Origin: Eledone cirrhosa | Taxonomy: Eukaryota | Assembly (NCBI GenBank): GCA_964016885.1 | Contig: OZ024745.1 | Span: 2,294,001-2,358,000, forward strand | Length of the DNA: 64,000 nt | Reading direction: 5' to 3' | Shown here: positions 11,221 to 28,142 of the stretch, one piece after another | Numbering within the stretch: position 1 is the first letter of the stretch | How the letters are laid out: the number at the start of each line of letters is the position of its first letter | Made by a program: the position numbers and the translations under genes | The notes under the pieces: generated by a model | The model's database searches: none | The model's input: only the letters and a program-made list of their open reading frames with translations | Told to the model about the DNA's origin: nothing

Positions 11221-13912
11221 TTAGCAGTATTAATTATAGATGTTATCGCCACTTTAGCAGGGTGGTAGAATCAGTGGTCGTTAGTTGCCAGTGTGGTAAG
11301 TGATAGTATCCTCGTTGGATTATCTTGTTGACATAGACGTGAGGGAAGGTCCCTCGATCTATTTACCATCTATTTACAATATTCCTTTCGTCAGGTCGCC
11401 AATTCCAGCAGCATGGATTAAAGATGTCATTGAGACACGAGTAACATAACAACGACTTCAACCGCAGTAATTAGAGATGAAATGTTTGTTTATTTATATG
11501 GTTGAAGTTACAGATAAAAAGAGGTTACAAAAGGGAATGTGCCATTGCGCCGTTAAGCCGGCGAGGCTAGGGGTGCAATATCTCACTGTTACATTATGCG
11601 TGTTGCTGGCTTGAAGTTTCCGGTACAAGAGCGAGATTCTTCAAATCTTCGCGGGGAATTTCTTCCTCAGGGCGCGTAGGGATGCATCCTCTTCTACTGG
11701 CGCTGATTGGCTGAACTGAGCCAAATCACGCACAGAGAATGTATGTGAGCCCGCGGAATGTAGGTCACTACATCACCTCCAACCAGATTTTCAGCCGAAA
11801 ATCGACAACGAAGAAACCAAGGATCCACATATTATTAAATCAGCAAGAACAAATGCTGAAAGAGCACATCAGTGAAAAAATAATTGAGCAGAAGGTTGCA
11901 TGCAAGAACAAAAAATGAGGCGCTACGGGCCGTGTTGAGCCGCTGTGTCAAATGACCAGTTGTTTTGTTGTTTATACGTGACCGCCAAAGGTCTAACAAA
12001 AAACGGATAAAGTCTGACATGGGCGAGGTTGCTGTTCTTGCATTAAATGTTAATGGTAAGCGTTGTACCAGTAGCTGCGAACGAAGCTATTATGGTAGTT
12101 TACCAGTGCTGGCGAGAAAATGATGGCCCCCAGATGTATTGTCGAATGTGCTGTGGAGCCAGGAAAAAATGGCTGGTTGCTTTGTAAAGAACAAAAGGCA
12201 AGTTTAATCTGTAGGTGGGTTGCAGTGTAAATTCCATAATTCGGGCGAATCCACAGAAGTGGCTGAAATATTGACAAGTCCAGTTCAATTTGTTGCTTTC
12301 CCAGCGAGTCGGGCAAAAACAACAAGACGGATGGCCGTCATGGACGATCAGTGTGCAACGAGATGCGAAGCTGTTTGAGTTCAGCTGCAATGTATTCTCA
12401 TGTTGCAGTGCCTGTTTGAATCCATTGGATTAAGCTCTGTGAGCTGCTAGCATGTGACAGCATCTCAACCAGGTGAAAAGGGACTCGCAGAATATTACGT
12501 TTGAAGAACATATACCAAGAACAACATGTTGGTGTGTGATAAAAAAAATGTGTGCATATGCAGGCATGTAAAACAGCAAAGAATGTGAATGAACAAAAAC
12601 CATGAGCAAACAAATAGCAAAAGAGCACAAAACAAGTAAATGCATTCTACAAAGAAATATGTGAATGTAACAAACTGATAATTCAAAGTCAATCTAGGGG
12701 AGCAGAGAAATTGCTCAATAAGTACAAAGTTTTTCAAAGTCAAATAGTTCACACATCACCAGTGTACAGACACTAGTTCTATCTGAAAACTGAAAAAGAA
12801 GTTTGTTAATGCCGTTAGGGGTTAGATGTATGGTGTTTTTGTGAGATTTCGTGGCCATCTTACCGTCCCGCCACACGGTAGTGTTGCTTATTGTTAAAGC
12901 AATGTCAAAGAATCTTCTTTAGAGTAGGAGTCACCAAATATGGCAGTCACGTCTGACGCCATAATGGTGAGAAAATTACTGTCTCAATTTCTCGCGTCCC
13001 TGTGGTAACGAGACAGAAGGTATGGTGGTTGCGTCGGTAAAGTTACAAGCCGTTTTGAAATTTCCGATGTGTGGTGGTTGGCGTCGGTAAGGTTATGAAG
13101 CTGCCACTCACTGTTCCCTGTATTGGTCAGTGGTTAAACAACGCTGTCGCTGCTGCTGTCATTGTTGTTGTCAAGCGTAGCCATGACATGTCGGTAGCCA
13201 TCTTGAAATTTTGTCGTGGCGAAAAAGTTTTTGAAATACTGCTAATTTTTCAAAAATCTTAAAAGGAATATTCTGGATTTTCGCAAGTTGCGACGTGGCA
13301 ATAAAAGTTAAACTGAATGAATAAGAAGGGCTGCGTGATATTCTTACGTCGGTCACCACTTTAGCAGTATTAGTTATAGATGTTATCGCCACTTTAGCAG
13401 GGTGGTAGAATCAGTGGTCGTTAGTTGCCAGTGTGGTAAGTGATAGTATCCTCGTTGGATTATCTTGTTGACATAGACGTGAGGGAAGGTCCCTCGATCT
13501 ATTTACCATCTATTTACAATATTCCTTTCGTCAGGTCGCCAACTCCAGCAGCATGGATTAAAGATGTTATTGAGACACGAGTAACATAACAACGACTTCA
13601 ACCGCAGTAATTAGAGATGAAATGTTTGTTTATTTATATGGTTGAAGTTACAGATAAAAAGAGGTTACAAAATGGAATGTGCCATTGCGCCGTTAAGCCG
13701 GCGAGGCTAGGGGTGCAATATCTTACTGTTACATTATGCGTGTTGCTGGCTCGAAGTTTCTGGTACAAGAGCGAGATTCTTCAAATCTTCGCGGGGAATT
13801 TCTTCCTCAGGGCGCGTAGGGATACATCCTCTTCTACTGGCGCTGATTGGCTGAACTGAGCCAAATCACGCACAGAGAATGTATGTGAGCCCGCGGAATG
13901 TAGGTCACTACA
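11221..13912 (-). mobile_element. Small non-autonomous LTR retrotransposon (552-bp LTRs at 11221-11772 and 13361-13912)
   Basis: Direct repeats differ at about 8 positions. Minus-strand LTR starts TGTAGTG. PBS-like TGGTGACCGACGT at 13346-13358 resembles the tRNA-Trp PBS TGGTGACCCCGACGT. Weak PPT GGAGGTGA precedes the 3' LTR. 5-bp TSD tatct at 11216-11220 and 13913-13917. No gag/pol ORF. Confidence 0.85.
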
Positions 13913-14307
13913 TATCTCATATAAAGTTATCGTATCACATATTCAGGGGCGGTGGAACTGGGTATAATACCAGCTTCTTACCAAATGTGAAGAAGCTCGA
14001 TATATTAACCTCTTAATAAAGGGCACAGAGCATATTTCTTTTTAAATTATATATATACAGTGGTGGTGGAACTGGGGGTGGGGTATTCCCTCCTCCAATA
14101 ATTATATATATACAGTGGTGGTGGAACTGGGGGTGGGGTATTCCCTCCTCCAATAATTATATTTTCGTCCCAAACTACCAAAACACATCTATTTGGATAT
14201 GCGCTACAATTTATGTACATATTATGTTTATCGCATATTGAAGTTTTGCAGCCTACCCCACACCCACCCTGATATAAGGTCATCGTATCACATATTTTAT
14301 CACATTG

Positions 14308-14495
14308 CTGGATTGGCAGTATCGGTAGAGGGTCGGACGCCATGCTTTGACGCATAGAGTTACGGCTCTTGCCATTCTGAGTTCAAATCCCACCGAGGTT
14401 AACTTTGCCTTTCATCCTTATGAGGTCGATAAAATAAAGTACCAGTAATACACTGGGTAATTGCTGGCCTTGTGCCAAAAGTAGAAACAATTATT
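14308..14495 (+). mobile_element. Deu/Nin-like tRNA SINE (sense orientation)
   Basis: TGGCAGTATCGG A-box, GAGTTCAAATCC B-box, then gcctttcatcctta.gaggtcgataaaataaagtaccag. Confidence 0.85.
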
Positions 14496-14799
14496 TTATC
14501 CTAGCTAAACATATACGATGATGTTTTATGTCTCCGAGTCTGTCTAACTTAAATCACGTGTTGTAGGTTATCGTATCACATGTTGTAGGTTATCGTATCA
14601 CAAATTATTTTATCTTTTATATAAACATATAAATCTGATATTATTTTCGTCTACATCCTCTTACCTATGTTTCCTAATTTCAACTTGTAACATTTCCTCT
14701 AAACTCCTTTTATAGTATACATTTATCATATTTATTTCATTTTACATAGAGACGATCTATTGCAACTCAGCCATATTGAATATTAACTGTTTTAATTTC

Positions 14800-15003
14800 T
14801 AGTTTAAACGCCAGGTTAGAATATTTGGGGGAAGGGCAAAGCTGATTAAATCAACCCTGGTACTTCACTGGTACCGTCTTATCGACCTCGGAAGCATGAA
14901 AGGCAAAGTTGACTTCGGTGCTATTTCAACTTAGAAGGTAAAGAACCGGAACAACGATCGTATGGCATCCGGCGCTCTACCAATTCTGCAAATCTTCCAC
15001 CAT
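14800..15003 (-). mobile_element. Diverged Deu/Nin-like SINE
   Basis: ctggtac...atcgacctcggaagcatgaaaggcaaagttgacttcgg...ctctaccaattctgc matches the family. Confidence 0.7.
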
Positions 15004-15600
15004 AGAATCTCAACTGAATTAATCAGCGATTTTAATGCAATATATTTTCCATGCTGAACTGTCTTTACCAGCTTGTTCCACACCTACCCGTGACAGAGAC
15101 ATGGCTACTCTAATACCCTTGGTCACTTTCTCACTTCCAAATCAAACCGTTTCCTATACTATATTTCCTTTATACACATAAGCTTCCCCGCTCTGCCTAA
15201 TAAAGGAGATACACCGCACAGTTTTCTCACACAAAATACCGAACACTCGTGGGGCGGACAGCGCGTGGGTCCCCATTTATTTATAATAGTGAGAGATGGA
15301 GAGAGCGCGAGAGATGGAGGCAGTGATTTATCTCACAACTCCTACACCACCACAAACTACTCTCGCACCTACCCGCTAAAACTGACTGTCACTTGTTATG
15401 CGTGCTAGATTCTTACCTGATCATTGTCAGCCCCGAATCCTCTCACCCTAATCTCATGTTGCAAAATGTTTCTCATGGTTCAAACCGAACTTTCTTGTAC
15501 TTCAGATCAATAAACTATCAGCGAGGTTTTACAGCTTCCTTTGCTTACCATTTTTTCTTTATCTTCTTTATGCTTATCTTGCCACCAGTTGGGCTCCATT

Positions 15601-15692
<92 letters not shown>

Positions 15693-15696
<4 letters not shown>

Positions 15697-17050
15697 CGTA
15701 AAATAAGAAAATTATAAAATTAACTTACTAAAATTTCACTCCCAACTAATTAGTTTCTGAAAGGGAATAAACATACTTTCCGAACAAGTGTACAGAGAAG
15801 CCTTTCGTCATCAGGGAAGTCTATTCTCAGCTAAGTTTCCAGGCAATACGTGGACACTGGGAACTTATACAAAAATAATTCAGTGGATGGAAAAAAGCAA
15901 AGCGTGGACTGAATTCCTAGCCATTGAGAAAATCACTGCCTACTGCGTCGGTGGCAAATTCAAAAGAATCAATCACGTGACATCGAGGTCAATCAGTGGA
16001 AAGTGGTATGTTAAGAAGACAGCAGCCTGACTGTTACCATAGCAGCAGTCTTGGCCAATGTTGCTCGACAAATAATTTGGGTGTGGCTGGGTGTGGGTGG
16101 CATTATCTTTAAATTTGTAGAGGGGAAAGATTCTGAAGTTGGGATGATTTTGGGTGGCACAGGTATCAATGTGTTCACTCAGTGGTATTTTCCTGTATTC
16201 CCGTATTTTAATTTGGGATGTATGGACAGTCATGCGTTGGCGGAGGCTGTTTTTGGTCTGGCCTATGTATTGTTCTCGACAACCTGAGCAAGTTAATACA
16301 TATATTAGATTTTCTGATGCGCATGTGAAATTGTGTTTTACTATAAAACGTTGTCCTTCTTTGAAATAGAATTCCAAACCCTTTATTAGGTTGATGCATA
16401 TGCCACAGTTGGGTCTATCGCATTTTTTTACTGTGGGTTTCGTTGTTGTGGTTGGCAGTACTTTGGCATGTGTTAGGATGTTTTTCATTGACTTATATTG
16501 TCTTTTGCTCTTTATGATATCGTGTGTTCGTAGGATTTGGTTCATTCTATGGTCCTTTTTCAACACAGGGATGTTCTGGAGGATGGTGTCAAAGGCCTCA
16601 TTGTTGAGGGGTTGTGTGTGGAGATGTATGGAAGAGCTTTTAGTTTCGGTTGATTTACTTTAGGGTGTCTAAGGTCCTGGGTACTGAGTTTTAGGGCACG
16701 TTGGATTCCATTGTCAATTAGTGATGCAGGGTAGTCCCTGCCTATGAGTGTGTCCTTTAGTTCTTGTAGCCGTAAGTAACAGGTGTTTTTATTGGAGACT
16801 ATAGTACAGATTCTCTTGGCTAAGTTGTAGGGAATATTAATTTTAACGTGTCTAGGGTGGCAAGAGTTGAAAGGAAGATATTGCTTGGAGTCTGTGGGCT
16901 TGTAGTATATGTCTGTTTCTATTTTTTTGTTATGAATCTTAATGAGGATGTCGAGGAAGGGGAGTTGTTGATGGCTGTATTCCATCGTAAAGTTAATATT
17001 CGTGTTGAGCCCATTTATAAGGGTGTGAAATTCTTTAAGTTTCTCGATTT
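15693..17050 (-). mobile_element. 5'-truncated Neptune-type Penelope-like element (RT thumb, zinc linker, GIY-YIG, pLTR)
   Basis: LPFLDILI, TDIYYKPTDSKQYLPFNSCHP, CDRPNCGIC and FTCASENLIYVLTCSGCREQYIGQT..RM..H. Frameshift near 16605-16612 joins ORFs 16560-16985 and 15973-16566. pLTR ends at (TA)n. Confidence 0.9.
15738..15820 (-). ncRNA. Type I hammerhead ribozyme in pLTR
   Basis: ACTTCC-CTGATGA-CGAAAGG...CCTTTCA-GAAA-CTAATTAG-TT-GGGAGT. Confidence 0.8.
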
Positions 17051-17452
17051 AAAGTAATAAATTAATAAAAATAACAAACCTATATCGGGCAATAGCCTTC
17101 GATACCCGGACAGACCAAAATCTGTTTTGCAAGAATTATTAAGTGAAAGCCAGAATTCCTGTGCCCATCTGCGGGTATCCAGCAAAATTCGTACCTTTCA
17201 CTTCAAAGGATCTAAGGAGACTGAGAGATGTGCTGATATAAAGCACATGTCGCAGTGCCTAGTGCGTCTCATACTCATGCCGCTAAAAATAGCAGCTGGG
17301 TTTATGAGACTAAGGTTAGCTCTACATACATACGGAGCCGAGAATATCATAGATTGAGTTATAAACTCAAAATAGTCTTTTACAATTAAATAGCTCAAAG
17401 AAAGGAATCTTTCCGAACCGTGTAATATAATTGGATATATGAGAGGGATGAA

Positions 17453-18317
17453 CAGAGGTATAAGTATACATGTGTTCTACAGAGATATAAGTATACATGT
17501 GTTCTACAGAGGTATAAGTATACATGTGTTCTACAGAGATATAAGTATACATGTGTTCTACAGAGATATAAGTATACATGTGTTCTACAGAGGTATAAGT
17601 ATACATGTGTTCTACACAGATATAAGTATACATGTGTTCTACAGAGATATAAGTATACATGTGTTCTACAGAGATATAAGTATACATGTGTTCTACAGAG
17701 GTATAAGTATACATGTGTTCTACAGAGGTATAAGTATACATGTGTTCTACACAGATATAAGTATACATGTGTTCTACAGAGATATAAGTATACATGTGTT
17801 CTACACAGATATAAGTATACATGTGTTCTACAGAGATATAAGTATACATGTGTTCTACAGAGATATAAGTATACATGTGTTCTACAGAGGTATAAGTATA
17901 TATGTTTTCTATAGAGGTATAAGTATACATGTGTTCTACACAGATATAAGTATACATGTGTTCTACACAGATATAAGTATACATGTGGTCTACAGAGGTA
18001 TAAGTATACATGTGTTCTACACAGATATAAGTATACATGTGTTCTACAGAGATATAAGTATACATGTGTTCTACAGAGATATAAGTATACATGTGTTCTA
18101 CAGAGGTATAAGTATACATGTGTTCTACAGAGGTATAAGTATACATGTGTTCTACACAGATATAAGTATACATGTGTTCTACACAGATATAAGTATACAT
18201 GTGTTCTACAGAGATATAAGTATACATGTGTTCTACAGAGGTATAAGTATACATGTTTTCTACAGAGGTATAACTATACATGTGTTCTACTGAGATATAA
18301 GTATACATGTGTTCTAC
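17453..18317 (+). repeat. 27-bp minisatellite (AGAG[A/G]TATAAGTATACATGTGTTCTAC), ~32 copies
   Basis: Directly visible. It generates the spurious SVEHMYTYI and RDISIHVFY repeat ORFs. Confidence 0.95.
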
Positions 18318-18637
18318 TTGGTCAATTACAATTGGAACACATGTATCCTTATATCTGTGTTCATCCCTCTCATATATCCAATTATATGATATATATAGTC
18401 TATCAAAGTTCTTTCGTTGCACATCTGTAACATCATCAGAGGTACTATTATGTTTCCTCCTGTTGTATTGTATGTCTACGCCATTTTTATTTTATTTATT
18501 TATTTCTTCTTGTCTCCGTCTCTGCGCATGCGTTTGCGTGTGTGTATAATGTTTGGTGTGCGTGTTCGCGTTTGAGTGTATGTGTTTTTGTTTTTGTATT
18601 CTATCTTTGTTTACTAGTGTGTGTTTATATGTGTTTG

Positions 18638-18697
<60 letters not shown>

Positions 18698-18700
<3 letters not shown>

Positions 18701-18956
18701 AAAATGTATGACCCCGACGGCAGAGCTCAAGCCGTTTCGACGGCTATTTCTGGACTAAATAAGACTTTTTAGCCTGGTAAATAAATAGTATTTATTTACC
18801 AGGCTAAAAACTCTAATTTAGCCCAGAATTAGCCGTCGAAACGGCTTGAGCTCTGCCGTCGGGGTCATACATTTTCCTATTACCCACTCTCCTACCCTAA
18901 GTATTGAGTACTCTGGTGCGTTATGGTCCACCTGGTTCCTTACCACAACTCCTTCG

Positions 18957-18958
<2 letters not shown>
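18698..18958 (+). mobile_element. Fold-back PLE-terminus element ((TA)n family): ~180-bp palindrome plus ~80-nt tail
   Basis: Arms 18698-18786 and 18790-18879, centred near 18788. Tail tacccactct...ccttcgtt runs into (TA)n. (TA)n on both sides. Confidence 0.8.
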
Positions 18959-19011
<53 letters not shown>

Positions 19012-19247
19012 TATATATATATTATTGTGTTATGGTGTATATAGTGAAGAATATAATATATATGTGTGTGTGTATGTATAAACTTGTGCGAAGTAAATAA
19101 TGATAACGTTATATTTGTATATACACAGAATAGAGGAAATAAAGACTACGTAGCTGTGTATATAAACTTACACAGTTTTAGTATATAGACATATAAACAT
19201 AGCAAATATATATATTTCCCTGTTAATTGAAAAAAAAATAACAAACG

Positions 19248-19283
19248 CCTTTAATCGATTTTCGAACCTTCATCATCAGGTAT
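19248..19283 (-). ncRNA. Minimal hammerhead-like motif (stem I degenerate)
   Basis: CTGATGA-T-GAA-GG-TTC-GAAA-ATCGAT-TA. Palindromic stem III, but stem I pairing is not evident. Confidence 0.45.
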
Positions 19284-20580
19284 GTATATGATCCTGGAGA
19301 GGAGATGGGTTCTGCTATAAAATACTCTAGAAACGCCGTATGTTAATACGACGCTCTTACGACTCCGGGAGTTACGGGATAAGGAAGGCTCCACTGTAAT
19401 AACAGATACACCATATCTTTTCTCTATCTCTTCTGTAGATATAAAACTGACTGTTCTTCTCATCTTGTCAGCTATCTACTACCTCTTCCCATCTTGTTAT
19501 CTCTACTCTTTCACGCACCACTGGAACCCTAGACATAAAAACTTCTCCCAATCCCCTCTTCCCAGAATGCAACACACCGGAAATCCTTCTTTGCCTTCGT
19601 TTAGATTCCCAAGTATCACTCTACAAAATGTATATAATTAGAATCGACCCACCAGTCTCAGAAAACCTGCAAATATTATTGTCGTCCTCCTTCTTCAGTC
19701 TTGAAGTAATTAATAAAATACTTCCTTCAATGCCTGCATCTATTTTCCTCATCTCTGGAAAATGTTTACGGTTCCCTGTTAGTAAGGAAATTATAATGAG
19801 TTATCGTTTTATAAAGTTGTCATTACCACTGCTAACACTGTCGATATGTGGAATCAATTATTATTACCCGGTAGCTTGGAAATGTTTTTCATTAATGAAC
19901 TCATTGCTATGAAAAACAAAACTTGTAGGAAATAAGTTTGTATTGAACAACAAACCATTACGATTCCTCTCAGTGCCATAGTATCATCTTAATTCCTGTA
20001 GAAGTTGGTAACATTGGAATAAGGTTGTATTGTCATCGTTTCTATTGTGGCTTGAAGTCAAAAGAGAAACAACTTTTAACACTGCAAAGCACATACACAC
20101 ACACACACATATATATATAAATATATATATATAATGGAAAATGAAGAATCAGTGATGCATCGGAACACAATTTATTACGTATTACAATTGTTTCTCCGGC
20201 GACAGCTCGAGGTGCGATCTGTTTGTGGATCGAACCTGACTCTGGATTCGCAAGTTCCTCAGATACGTCTAGTGATTTCGAAGCAAATCCTCTTTCTGTT
20301 GAACTCCGACCCTTCGAATTTCTATCATCTGCCATCATCCTGTTTGCGCGGCCCATCGATTGGTCAAGAGTTCGAGACGTCTTCTGTATGTTTGACCATT
20401 CAAATCTGCCCACTGACCATTTCCATTCAGGTGTTAGCTGTCACTCACCTTAATTCTGTCACCAGAATTACTGTTAGTCCCTAGCTTGCCCGTTGCCCGA
20501 CATATATACACCCACACACGTGTGCTCACACATACACAGACATTCCGAGCTCCTGATCGCACACTTATCTGTGCGGACAC

Positions 20581-20713
<133 letters not shown>

Positions 20714-21087
20714 GCTCGCGTGTTTGCGTACACACGTATACATGCATATATTCACCCCTCCTATATAGGTACATACATACACAGACATACGGACACACGT
20801 ACACATACACATACACACATATATATATGTATATATGTATATATATTTATACACATATACACACATCACATCCCTTACACACCACACCACTGTCAGTGTG
20901 TATAAGAGGGATCACCTATATGGTTAATATGGTGTACCTGATGCAATAAATTCAAAGGAGAATACCTGCAATCAAGAGACAGGAATATTTAAACAGAGAA
21001 ACGCTATGGAATGGTACAGCTTAGTGTTTGGTGTGTTTCGTCGAATTAAGCTTATTATATCGTCGAAAGAAGATTTCTGTCAATCAA

Positions 21088-25562
<4,475 letters not shown>

Positions 25563-25565
<3 letters not shown>

Positions 25566-25731
25566 CGGAGGAAATGTGGTAAGGAACCAGGTGGACCATA
25601 ACGCACCTAAGTACTCAATACTTAGGGTAGTAGAGTGGGTAATAGGAACGAGTAGGACCCACTCTACTACCTCAAGTATTGAGTACTTTGGTGCGTTATG
25701 GTCCACCTGGTTCCTTACCACATTTCCTTCG

Positions 25732-25733
<2 letters not shown>
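25563..25733. mobile_element. Palindromic pair of (TA)n-family PLE tails (head-to-head)
   Basis: acggaggaaatgtggtaaggaacc...gtagagtgggt / acccactctac...ttccttaccacatttccttcgt, centred near 25650. Confidence 0.8.
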
Positions 25734-25781
<48 letters not shown>

Positions 25782-25807
25782 AAGTAAAATATAAAATATA
25801 CATCGAT

Positions 25808-25848
<41 letters not shown>

Positions 25849-26214
25849 CATATACATACACATATACATAAACACATACATACACATACATATACATACA
25901 CACACCATATATATACACATACACATACGCACACGCATACATATAGAGACACATACATATACACATATAAATACATAGACATATACATATATACACACAT
26001 ATATATATATACACACATACATATATACATACATTCACAACACACATATATATATATATACATATATCTATACACATATATAAACACACTCATGTATATA
26101 CACATATACACATACATACCCACACATATATATATATATATACACACATACACACACACATATACACATACACATATACAAAGATATATATATATATATA
26201 CACACACATATATA

Positions 26215-26257
<43 letters not shown>

Positions 26258-26529
26258 TATATACATACATATACATACATACTCATACATAGACATACAT
26301 ATATACACACATACACACATACATATACGCATATATACACATACATACACATCCATGTATGCGTATACACATACAAACACAACCATACGCTCACACAACT
26401 CAGACATACATAAATAAAGGGATATACATACACATATATAAATAGAGATATATATACACATATAAATATATACACACATACACACACACACACATATACA
26501 TACACATACATACACACATACATACATAT

Positions 26530-26580
<51 letters not shown>

Positions 26581-26674
26581 TATAAAAATAAAGAAATAAA
26601 ATAAATAAATAAATTAATTAATTAATACACACAGTCAGACAAATATGCACACACATACATATACATATATACAC

Positions 26675-26747
<73 letters not shown>

Positions 26748-26771
26748 TATATACACATACACACATCAACT

Positions 26772-26817
<46 letters not shown>

Positions 26818-26932
26818 TCACATATACATGCGCATATACGTACATATATACACATACACACATATACACATAGACGTATATATGCGCATACATATACATA
26901 CACACATATACCCACATAAATACATAGATACA

Positions 26933-26974
<42 letters not shown>

Positions 26975-27641
26975 CAATCATACACCCTTATTTACATGCG
27001 CACATATGTATTTTTATACTCACATACAAACACCCAAACATACATACCTACCTACATATACATACATACATCCAATCTTACAAATACAAATAATAATAGG
27101 GGGGGGGGAGGGGATTATAGTAAATATAGGTTTCAAGAAACATAGAATATTAATCTGCATTTAGATCATAATATGTGTTTACATAGTAGTTTCAGTATTA
27201 GGAAATGTAAGAAAGAAGGCAAAATTATGCATTTTAATATAAGTAGACTATTAATTATAGGTTAACTAAATTAAAGATAGTTAATATATTGATTTCTAAG
27301 GTGTATACTACTTAGGTTTATAATATTTGAAGCGGAATTTTGAAGTTAAATAGTAGTAGAGTATTAATTATAGTATAACTAAATTAAAATTATTAACGTT
27401 ATGGTATCAATATTAGGAAATGAATTTAGTAATAGGGAAAAAAACCAAATAAAGTATTACATCGGTAGTAGAATATAAATTATAGGTTAACTAAATTAAA
27501 AATTATATATTAATTTCTATAGTATATGTTAATTAGGTTTATAATAATTAAAACAGATATTGTATTTTATCTATAGTAGAATATAATTATAGGTAAACAA
27601 AAATTAAAATTAATATATACACATATATATATACACACACA

Positions 27642-27677
<36 letters not shown>

Positions 27678-28142
27678 CATATTTTTTCAAAAATTGCAAA
27701 GAATATATTAACTAGGTATACATCCAAAACCTATCTCAGTCTATGATTACATGACACTCTGCAATCCATCTGTATTAGGATTTTAATTTTAAGCCAATTA
27801 AATTAAATTTTTAGGTTAACCAAATTAAAACCAAATTATAAATATATTTCTAAATTGTACATTAATTAGGTCTATAATATTAAAAAATATTTCTCTGTCA
27901 TTGAATACACGATATTTTGTTATATTTTATCTGTAAAGGAATTTTAATAAAAGGTTAAATAAATTAAAATTAATCTATAAATTAATTTACAAAGTATATA
28001 TTAGTAATATTTAAAAGTTTTTCACAATTTATGATTACACAATATTTTATAATCTCATCTGTAGTAGAATTTTAATTAAATTAAATTTATAGGTTAACTA
28101 ACATTTAAATTAAATTATATATTAATTTCTAAAATAATGTTA

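Noticed and set aside
11835-12752. Integrase or gag remnants inside the LTR element
   Set aside because: No recognisable HHCC, DDE, CCHC or RT motifs in the short ORFs.
13944-14270. hAT-like MITE (cagggg...ccctg) with an internal 55-bp tandem duplication
   Set aside because: Terminal match is too short and no 8-bp TSD is seen.
14308-14395. Functional tRNA gene
   Set aside because: A and B boxes are present, but it is the head of a multi-copy SINE and no cloverleaf is evident.
17367-18422. 9-aa repeat protein or CRISPR-like array
   Set aside because: Pure 27-bp tandem minisatellite with no unique spacers and no cas genes. Eukaryotic context.
18398-18446. Minus-strand CTGATGA-T-GTTACA..TGCAAC-GAAA
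   Set aside because: Stem II is plausible but stems I and III do not pair. At best a decayed HHR, so not counted.
25563-25650. Twister- or pistol-like ribozyme in the (TA)n-family tail (TAA..GTAGAG, TGTGGT/ACCATA)
   Set aside because: The conserved loop and pseudoknot nucleotides of those ribozymes could not be placed, and the motif is antisense to the inferred element strand.
25776-28142. SECIS for the in-frame TGA of the Naiad ORF
   Set aside because: No AUGA-stem-AA-stem-GA arrangement found by eye in this AT-rich UTR, and the TGA aligns to Trp in the paralogue.
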